NCBI GenBank assembly: GCA_964016885.1
Contig: OZ024743.1
Span: 259,718,001 to 259,782,000, forward strand
DNA: 64,000 bases
Direction: 5' to 3'
Origin: Eledone cirrhosa
Lineage: Eukaryota
Within the stretch, counting starts at the first letter, position 1; the number at the start of each line of letters is the position of its first letter. Made by a program: the position numbers and the translations under genes. Below are positions 53,211-64,000 of this stretch, one piece after another. The notes below the pieces were generated by a model. It was not told where the DNA came from. It saw nothing but the letters and a program-made list of their open reading frames with translations, and made no database searches.

Positions 53211-53304
53211 AATAAATTCTGTATACCCGCATTTCCATTTCGTAAACTTCTTCTCCATATATATATATATATATATATATAAACTTAATCTGTGCTAATA
53301 ATAA

Positions 53305-54172
53305 TAATAATTGTTTCTACTTTAGACACAAGACCAGCAATTACCCAGTGCATTACTGCATTACTGGTACTTTATTTTATCGACCCCGTAAGGATGAAAG
53401 GCAAAGTCAACCTCGGCGGGATTTGAACTCTGAATGGCAAGGGCCGTAACTCTATACAACAAAGCATGGCGTCCGACCCGCTACCGAAATTTTATTATTA
53501 AAGGGACGTAACTATGCTGGAAAGCATGGCGTCCGACCCTCTACCGATACTGCCAATCCACCGCCATTAATAATTGCTTCTACTTTTAGGCAAAAGGCCA
53601 GCAATTATCCAGTGTATTACTGGTACGTTATTTTATCGACCCTGTAAGGATGAAAGGCAAAGTTAACCTCGGCGGGATTTGAACTCTGAATGGCAAGAGC
53701 CGTAACTCTATACAACAAAGCATGGCGTCCGACCTGCTACCTAAATTTTATTATTATTAAAATAATAATAATGTTTATATATATATGTGTATAATGATTA
53801 TTGGCAGTATCGGTAGAGGTCTGACACCATGCTTTGCAGCATAGTTACCTCCCTTTATGATCTGAGTTCAAATCCCGCCGAGGTTAACTTTGCCTTTCAT
53901 CCTTACAGGGTCGATAAAATAAAGTACCAGTAATACACTGGATAATTGCTGGCCTTGTGCCAAAAGTAGAAACAATTATTACTGTGGATTGGCAGTATCG
54001 GTAGAGGGTCGGACGCCATGCTTTGACGTATAGAGTTACGGCCCTTGCCATTCTGAGTTCAAATCCCGCCGAGGTTAACTTTGCCTTTCATCTTTACGGG
54101 GTCGATAAAATAAAGTACCAGTAATGCTGAATTGCTGGCCTTGTGCCAAAACGTAGAAACAATTATTACTAT
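53305..54172. mobile_element. Cluster of five SINE copies or fragments (three minus, 53305-53745; two plus, 53800-54172)
   Basis: Conserved SINE core in four copies plus one head-only fragment; outer flanks AAACTTAATCTGTGCTAATAA are inverted. Confidence 0.88.
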
Positions 54173-54311
54173 TATTAGCACAGATTAAGTTTAAGCAAAC
54201 AATTTCTGCTTTCATTTGGTGAGTTTATATATACTTATATATAAATCCCATCTCGTGTCCTCTCTGAATTTTGGTCTTTGGGTGTATATATATATATATA
54301 TATTGGAAAAT

Positions 54312-54828
54312 GTGTGAGATCTTTGGTACAGTTAGGTATATTTGAAAAAAAGGAAAATAATGACTTCACTTGTAGTGTTAAACATTTTTTATGATTTAAT
54401 TTTATAATATAATATTATAATATTATGAGTTGGTAGATTCAGTAAGTTCTTTGTTAACTTCGGTGGGAAGAATTTTAGAGATTCCTGGTTAACTTGGGTT
54501 GGAGAACTTTCTCGCATTCGTCTGTCTGTGGCGATTGTCAAACTGAGATCAGGTTGTGTTGAAATGTGTGACTATATATAAGTTCTACCAACTCATAATA
54601 TTATAATATTATATTATAACATTAAATCATAAAAAATGTTTAACATTACAATCAATCAATCAATCAATTAGGTCGAGCTTGCTCGGACTTCCACGACACG
54701 TTTCCTCCATCCATCTCTGTCTCTCATAGCGTTTGCCAGTTCTTCCGCAGTGCATCCAGTATCGTCCTCAAGTGAAGTCATTCTTTTTCCTTTTTTTCAA
54801 ATATACCTAACTGTACCAAGGATCTCAC

Positions 54829-54830
<2 letters not shown>
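54312..54830. repeat. Fold-back element whose right arm is interrupted by an RTE-like 3' stub (54650-54770, minus, (TTGA)n tail)
   Basis: 54312-54437 reverse-complements 54584-54650 + 54769-54830; stub reads LEDDTGCTAEELANAMRDRDGWRKRV..*. Confidence 0.75.
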
Positions 54831-54879
<49 letters not shown>

Positions 54880-55058
54880 GTTTCACTCATTAGTCAGCGG
54901 TCATGCTGGACGTTGTCTTGAAGGGACTTAAGTCTATCATATCCAACACCTGTATTTATTTTCTATTTATTTTATCGATCTCTGCTTTTGTTTTGTCGAG
55001 ACGATAGGTTTTCAGGCACCAACACATATATAAACATAGGGGCTCCTAATATATATAA

Positions 55059-55143
<85 letters not shown>

Positions 55144-55156
55144 TATGTGTGTGTGT

Positions 55157-55206
<50 letters not shown>

Positions 55207-55333
55207 TGTCTGTATTCCGCCTACCATATTCCACACACACGCCACTGGTGAATCCGAGTCTACAGTATAATACATTTGCTGAAGTGCAGAGCAGCGAGAC
55301 TGAACTCTCTCTATATATACATATATATATATG

Positions 55334-55414
<81 letters not shown>

Positions 55415-55824
55415 ATGTATGTATGTATGTATGTACGGAAGAGCTCATAAGAGTCAACGGCCATACAAAAGTGTGTAAATATGTATATACACATGTACAT
55501 ATGTATGTATATGTGTATATACATAGGTACATGTGTGTGTATATGCGCGGGGACATATAAATAGTCGAGCTGGACACCCGATCGCGAGGTTAAACTACTG
55601 GGAGTGAAGGACCCCTTAACTTTGTCAGGGCATTCTTCTAGAAGGCAACTCAGGAATAACTCCGATATAAAACCTGCGGTTAAGTAGTTACCGATGATTT
55701 TGATCTTTTCTTCTTTTCGGGTTATAGCTACTGTCACTCAGAGAGTGGGATTGGCTCAGTGCCCAGTATTTCCTCACTTTAAAAAAAATCTTCACGCACA
55801 GGAATTGCACGATAGAATTAATTA

Positions 55825-56003
55825 ATTGTTTCTACTTTTAGGCACAAGGCCAGCAATTACCCAGTACATTACTGGTACTTTATTTTATCGACCCCGTAAG
55901 GATGAAAGGCAAAGTTAACCTCGGCGGGATTTGAACTCAGACCGTAAAGGGACGTAAATATTATGGAAAACATGGCGTCCGACTCTCTACCGATACTGCC
56001 AAT
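55825..56003 (-). mobile_element. SINE
   Basis: Reverse complement of the family consensus. Confidence 0.88.
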
Positions 56004-56084
56004 ATAATTAATTAATAATTATTAATAATGGTATATTGTGCAATGGCCATACTCGATAACGAGGAGGCAGCCATCATATATATA

Positions 56085-56186
<102 letters not shown>

Positions 56187-56753
56187 CGTGTGTGTGTGTA
56201 TGCACACACACATTTCTGCATATAGAATTAAAATATAATTATATAAATGACATATTATGAGAACAGATCTGAATAGCGATCTAATGTTTCGAGTAAAGGT
56301 TTCTGTACACTTTAGAAGAATATATGAGTGTGAGGTGGGGTACAGTATAATTACATATCTACAGCAACAGCAATGCAGTCACATGCACCATGCATATACG
56401 AAAGGTGCGAAGAAATCACGTATGGAAATCATTTTTCCTCACACCTTCCTACCTGTTATTTTGCTGGAATATTAATACATACATACACGTTCATTCGCAT
56501 GATATGGCGACTAATATGGTCACGTTTTCCCACACTTCACACTTCAAACAGAAATGATTTTATAGACTAATGTTCGCACTTTCATTTGCATTAGCCGCTT
56601 TCATAATCCCATAATAATTTATGTTGTTCCTGTTCCAGTGTTATTAAAACTGAATATACGACCTCTAACGCCACCGGACGTCATAAACTTATGCAGCAGC
56701 ATCATATTGCATTCAACTGCATTCATTTACGGTTTATTTCACTTTATTATTAT

Positions 56754-56814
<61 letters not shown>

Positions 56815-56817
<3 letters not shown>

Positions 56818-57066
56818 CGAAGGAAATGTGGTAAGGAACCAGGTGGACCATAACGCACCAAAGTACTCAATACTTAGGGTAGTAGAGTGGGTAATAGGAA
56901 CGAGTAGAAACCCGACGGCTGATCTCAAGCCGTTTCGACGGCTAATTCTGGACTAATTACCCGTCGGGGTCCTACTCGTTCCTATTACCCACTCTACTAC
57001 CCTAAGTATTGAGTCCTTTGGTGCGTTATGGTCCACCTGGTTCCTTACCACATTTCCTTCGTTATA
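56815..57066. repeat. Fold-back element with ~105-bp arms in (TA)n; solo arm at 7977-8085
   Basis: 56815-56918 reverse-complements 56961-57066. Confidence 0.85.
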
Positions 57067-57084
57067 TATATATATATATATATG

Positions 57085-57124
<40 letters not shown>

Positions 57125-57147
57125 AACTATATATATATATATATATA

Positions 57148-57204
<57 letters not shown>

Positions 57205-57339
57205 ATAATAATAAATTTGAAGACTAAAATCCAAAGAGGGCTCGATAAGGATAAACATATATCAATTATATAAGAACCGTAGAGCAAATATTTATTAAAA
57301 TAACATATTAAATTTTAATCTATTATTTTAATATATATA

Positions 57340-57407
<68 letters not shown>

Positions 57408-57494
57408 TTATTAAAATAACAGAATATATATATATATATTTTAAATTCCCCTTTTGGCATATTTTGGCAGTGATTTTGGGGTTATCGTGTTTGA

Positions 57495-57575
57495 GCGCTA
57501 CTGATGAACGGTTCCAACCGTGACCATTCCCGCTGAAAAGTATCGTGAAATGGTCTTTTAAAGACTATATAGAGC
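57495..57575 (+). ncRNA. Type I hammerhead ribozyme with stable stem III (copy 1)
   Basis: GCGCTA-CTGATGA-ACGG..loop..TCGT-GAAA-TGGTCTT tta AAGACTA-TA-TAGAGC; predicted cleavage after 57569. Confidence 0.78.
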
Positions 57576-58111
57576 ATTTGTAGTTTTTCAAAATTGAATG
57601 ATGAGTATTTAAGCTTTATTTTATTTTATTTGTTTTTTTCCCTGGATTTCACAAAATCTGTGGATAAAATCTGTCTTGATTTTTTTAAAATTGAGTTTGA
57701 ATTATTTTCGCATATCTTACGTTAATTTTTTTCCATTTTGACGCTATAGTCACTTATATATTATGAAATACTGTTGGCTTCTTGCTCACAATAATTTCTA
57801 TATTTTCATTTATATTTATACTCGGAAATTTTCCTAGTGTGCTTAAAATTATTTGTGACTAATCCTGGTCTTTTTTTTTTTTTAACCGCGATAATATTGC
57901 TATTTTGCTGAACTCCTTACATTTTGTAGAGTTTTTTCGGAATGTGTTTAACTGCTTTGTCTTGTAAATAGACATTCGTCTCATTCTGAAGTCACCAGCC
58001 ATGTCTCTCCGTGTGTGTTTATTTTTATAATTCCGCACAAGGTGAACTAGCCTGCTTTTAAATTCCCTTTTTGACATATTTTGGCAGTGATTTTGGGGTT
58101 ATCGTGGTTGA

Positions 58112-58192
58112 GCTCTACTGATGAACGACTCCAACCGTGACCATCCCCACTGAAAAGTTTCGTGAAATAGTCTTTTTAAGACTATATAGAGC
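58112..58192 (+). ncRNA. Type I hammerhead ribozyme with stable stem III (copy 2)
   Basis: GCTCTA-CTGATGA-ACGA..loop..TCGT-GAAA-TAGTCTT ttt AAGACTA-TA-TAGAGC; all stems Watson-Crick; predicted cleavage after 58186. Confidence 0.85.
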
Positions 58193-58415
58193 ATTTGTAG
58201 TTTTTCAAAATTGAAGGATGAGTATTTAAGCTTTATTTTATTTGTTTTTTTCCCTGGATTTCACAAAATCTGTGGATAAAATCTGTCTTGATTTTTTAAA
58301 AATTGAGTTTGAATTATTTTACCATATCTTACGTTAATTTTTTTGCATTTTGACGTTATAGTCACTTATATATTATGAAATACTGTTGGCTTCTTGCTCA
58401 CAATAATTTCTATAT

Positions 58416-58445
<30 letters not shown>

Positions 58446-58450
<5 letters not shown>

Positions 58451-59155
58451 TATGTATACGTACATACATATATGTATACAGACGTACAGTAGTATGTATA
58501 TATATATATATACATACATGCACACATATATATATATGTACGTATGGATTCACCAAACATTTATTATAATGCTCGGTGTGTTTGTAAATAAACATCCCGT
58601 ATTAAGCCGCAGTGTCTAGCAACCACCGTTGCTCGTTTGTTCAACACTGACAAAGGAACGCTGTACTAGTTTCAAGCTTGTTAACTATCGTCAGCAACGT
58701 ATACCTTCTTGCCAGATAGTTGAACGTCCGAAAGTATATACTTTCCTTATGCATATTAACGGCTGAGTAGCCCGATATGCAAATTGGGCTACTCAGCCGT
58801 TAATATGCATAAGGAAAGTATATACTTTCAGACGTTCAACTATCTGGCAAGAAGATATACGTTGCTGACGATAGCTAACAAGCTTGAAACTAGAACAGCG
58901 TTCCTTTGTCAGTGTTGAACAAACGAGCAACGGTGGTTGCTAGACACTGCGGCTTTATACGGCATGTTTGTTTACAAACACACCGAGCATTATAATAAAT
59001 GTTTGGTGAATCCATACGTACATATATATATGTGCATGTATGTATATATATATACATACTACTGTACGTCTGTATACATATATGTATGTACGTATACATA
59101 CTTATATTTAAGTAACACCCGTACTAAGAGTGGGAAATGAAATTTCGTTTCATTT
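58446..59155. repeat. Palindrome with ~330-bp arms centred at ~58780; hammerhead in each arm (58658-58700 minus intact; 58859-58901 plus with triplet mutated)
   Basis: ..CGGCTGAGTAGCCCGA tatgcaaa TTGGGCTACTCAGCCG..; arms match in reverse complement; same family as 6716-7125. Confidence 0.85.
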
Positions 59156-59181
59156 TTTCCGTTGATATATATATATATATA

Positions 59182-60588
<1,407 letters not shown>

Positions 60589-60598
60589 TATATATATA

Positions 60599-60650
<52 letters not shown>

Positions 60651-60687
60651 TATATATATATATATATATATATATGAATATATATAT

Positions 60688-60720
<33 letters not shown>

Positions 60721-61007
60721 AAATATTAAACAAATAATGAATAAAACAATGAAACAGTTCCTTATATTAAACAAAAAAAGTTCATTATTTAACGATCGTT
60801 TCTAGGATATATATGTGTTAGAATTGGCATGCATATTCAACAGATCTATGTACAAAATTATACAAAATTATACAAACTATCAAGATTAAATATACATACC
60901 AACACATGTACATCTCTTTCATTACATCTCTTCTTTCCATGATATCCGGAATACATTGAGTTCTTCATACGGATTGGACACTACCGTAAACTCTTGGTAG
61001 ATTTATC

Positions 61008-61098
<91 letters not shown>

Positions 61099-61129
61099 TA
61101 TGAATATATATATATGAATATATATATAT

Positions 61130-61276
<147 letters not shown>

Positions 61277-61300
61277 TATATATATATGAATATATATATA

Positions 61301-61340
<40 letters not shown>

Positions 61341-61427
61341 GGAAAAATTTGAACAGGGACAAAACAGAGAGGCAGTACAACGAATGTTTATTAATTTCAC
61401 GCTCTGGAAAGTGGGGTGTTGGTGGGG

Positions 61428-61461
61428 GACGACGTTTCGGGCATAAGCCCTTCCTCAAGTG
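61428..61461 (-). ncRNA. Minimal PLE-type hammerhead remnant
   Basis: Minus strand CAC-TTGAGGA-A-GGGC ttat GCCC-GAAA-CG-TC-GTC; weak stem I; lies at the end of a C/A-rich (minus) decayed element 61340-62525. Confidence 0.5.
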
Positions 61462-62544
61462 AGAAGTGTGTGGGAACAGAGTTCAAAGGGTGTGTAGGGG
61501 AGTGGTGGAGAGACATATAGCGAAAGGAAACGGTGCGAATAAAAAAATAAAAAATAAATATAAAAATAAAAATAAAGCATGATCAAAATACAAGGAATGA
61601 GATAAATTTAAAAATAAAGGCATGATCAAAATAAACTGAAATTAAAAGGGGGGTAAACAGGTGGTGGAAGGGTGTCGGGTGTGTAGGGGTGGTGGCGGGT
61701 GGAGTGGGGAGAGGGAGACGGGGTGTCCGAGCGGGGAGGGCTGAAGGTGGTGTGTGTGTGTAGGTGTGCGTGTGTGTGTGTGTGTGTGTGTTTGTGAAAG
61801 TAAGGGTTGGGGGAAGAACGGGGTTGCATGTTCAGGAAGAGGTGTGTGTGTGGGGGTGGTCGGAGTGTCTGTGCGTGTGTGGATAGAGGGGTGGGGGGAG
61901 AGGAATCAGGAGGCTGAGGGTGTAAATATGTGGTGGAAAGCACGTGTGTGTGGGGTTTAAGCGTGTTGTGGGTGTAGGTGGCGTGTGGAGAAAAATTTTT
62001 TTTGAGGGTGTGTGTGTGGGTGAGTTATATAGGTGATTACGTAAGAGGATGGTTGAAAAGTTGGTAAATTCCGAAAATGTTTAGTGGATTGGTTGTTGGT
62101 CAATTTCTGCGTGTGGGTATTCCATGAAGCGATGGTCGGAAGAGGAGAGATGTGGGGTGCGCGCGCAACAGGAAGTGGTCAGCAGTGGGAGTGCTGTGGT
62201 CTGTTTGTGCTGGGAGGTGGTCAGAGGGCATATCAGCAGTCGGTGGAATGGTAAAGGGGCGAGGATGGGTTGTGTGAAAGTTGGAGTGAGGAGGGTGTGT
62301 GTGTGTGTATTAGTAGGGGTGTTAGTGGGATGAGTGAGTGTGGAGCGAGGGTGTGGGTGGAGCGGGGAGAGAAGGATGTGTGTGGTTCTATGGAGGGAGT
62401 GTGGTGTACTGGTGTGTGTGTAGTTTGATGAAGAGGTGTTAGTGGGTGTTAGTATACGGAAGGTGGGGAGGGGTTGAATGCAGGTGTGAGTGGGGGTTAG
62501 TGGTGGTAGGGTGTGTAGAGTTGGTATATATATATATATATCTA

Positions 62545-62605
<61 letters not shown>

Positions 62606-62609
62606 ATAT

Positions 62610-62663
<54 letters not shown>

Positions 62664-62977
62664 AATGGCGTCTGCGTGATTGCACATGGGTTACATATGA
62701 ATAAAATTAGTTCTTCATCAGTGATCTTCCAGCCTTCATTGGTATTTCTTCGCTTTAAAGATCATATACCTCTGGTTGGTTCGAGCAATAACTAAAGGAA
62801 GTTATTGGGACACGTAAAATGGAGTGAAGCGAGTGAGACATGCAAACAAATAAAGATGGTAATGGAACGGAAAGATAGGAAGAGAAACAAGTCCGTGATA
62901 TCTGTGAACTTAAGTTATATATATAATACACACACATATATATTAAATATGTAATAATAATGTTATCAATAATAATA

Positions 62978-63140
62978 ATTGTTTATATTTTAGGCACAAG
63001 GCCAGCAATTACTCCAGTGCATTACTGGACTTTATTTTATCGACCTCGTAAGGATGAAAGGCAAAGTTAGCCTCAGTGAGATTTGAACTCAGACCGTAAA
63101 TGGACGTAATTCTATGTTGCAAAGCATGGCGTCCGACCCT
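62978..63140 (-). mobile_element. SINE
   Basis: Reverse complement of the family consensus. Confidence 0.85.
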
Positions 63141-63198
63141 ATGATGATGATGATAATAATAATAATAATAATAACTATAATAATAATAAAAAAAATAG

Positions 63199-64000
63199 AC
63201 CTATCACATGTCTGTCCGTAATGTGGAAACTGTTGACAAGCATTATGTCTGAGGAAATCTACCATCACCTCCACATAAACAACTTGTTACCGGACGAACA
63301 GAAAGGATGCCGAAAGAAGTCCCGTGGTACAAAGGACCAGTTACTTATTGATAAGATGGCAATGAGGAATTGCAAGAAAGAGGAGACACACTGGTCTTGA
63401 CATGGGATGGATAGACTACAAAAAGGCATTTGACATGGTGCCCCATTCTTGGATCACCAAAAGCCTAGAGATCTTCAAGGTGGCAGATAATATCAGACAG
63501 TTGTTGGGCAAAAGTATGAAGTCCTGGAAAACAGTGTTAACATCAGTTGGAGAATCCTTGGAAGGCGTGACGATCAAGAGAGTTATCTTCCAGGGAGATA
63601 GTCTGTCCCCTCTGTTGTTTGTCCTTGCCCTGATGCCCCTGACCATGATACTGCGAAAAGTGAGAGCAGGATACAAGTTGGGAAAGGGAGAGCTTACCAT
63701 CAATCACCTCCTCTTCATGGACGATCTTAAGCTCTTCGGGAAGAGTGAGGAGGAGTTGAATGTGCTTGTTGACACTGTCCGTATTTTCAGCAATGATATA
63801 TGTATGCAATTTGGTATTAGTAAGTGTGGAGTCCTTGTGATGAAGAGGGGATAAATTGAGCAGAAGCAACGGAATCCAGGTACCAACAGGTGAGATGATA
63901 AAGGAAATTGACACTGAAGAAGGATACAAGTATTTGGGTGTTCTGGAGGCTGATGACATCAAGAACAAAAAAATGAAGGAATTTAATAGATTCGGAGAGT
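63199..64000 (+). mobile_element. R4/Dong-like LINE RT region, 5'-truncated after (TAA)n, runs off the window
   Basis: RPITCL..WKLLT, EQKGC..RGTKDQLLID, WIDYKKAFDMVPHSW, FQGDSLSPLLF, HLLFMDDLKLF, YKYLG; frameshifts near 63390 and 63850. Confidence 0.9.

Larger units (their letters stand above)
49548..53260 (-). mobile_element. Near-intact Penelope-like element (Naiad-type) with direct pLTRs and an inverted 5' pLTR, in (TA)n
   Basis: 49548-49807 repeats at 52563-52822; 52823-53260 reverse-complements ~49656-50092; single long ORF between. Confidence 0.92.
57439..58421 (+). mobile_element. Retrozyme-like non-coding element: 617-bp period, ~370-bp direct repeats each with a full hammerhead, in (TA)n
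   Basis: 57439-57809 repeats at 58056-58421; CTGATGA at 57501 and 58118; no credible ORF. Confidence 0.75.

Noticed and set aside
61940-62300. Possible GIY-YIG remnant on the minus strand
   Set aside because: Too degenerate to support beyond its association with the HHR remnant at 61428

Overview
Repeat-saturated, AT-rich eukaryotic intergenic or intronic DNA with no convincing host exon. The tRNA-like SINE family (core GCCTTTCATCCTTACGGGGTCGATAAAATAAAGTACCAG) and long (TA)n runs suggest a cephalopod, probably an octopod (inference from recalled repeats). The window holds four large copies and fragments of one Tx1/L1-clade LINE with (ATT)n tails and three R4/Dong-like REL-endonuclease LINE pieces in (TAA)n. 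It also holds several Penelope-like elements (PLEs), one a near-intact Naiad-type, plus RTE and CRE fragments, a deleted Tc1, a non-autonomous Helitron and many SINEs. Main unexplained signals: (i) about a dozen intact-looking and several decayed hammerhead ribozyme (HHR) motifs from many unrelated families, including a non-coding 617-nt retrozyme-like unit bounded by two full HHRs with a predicted pseudoknot; (ii) a head-to-head Dong/Tx1 chimera inside one TTA microsatellite; (iii) two Tx1 copies with different ORF1s but nearly identical ORF2s that share the same frameshift. All folds and alignments were read by eye, and element boundaries are approximate.
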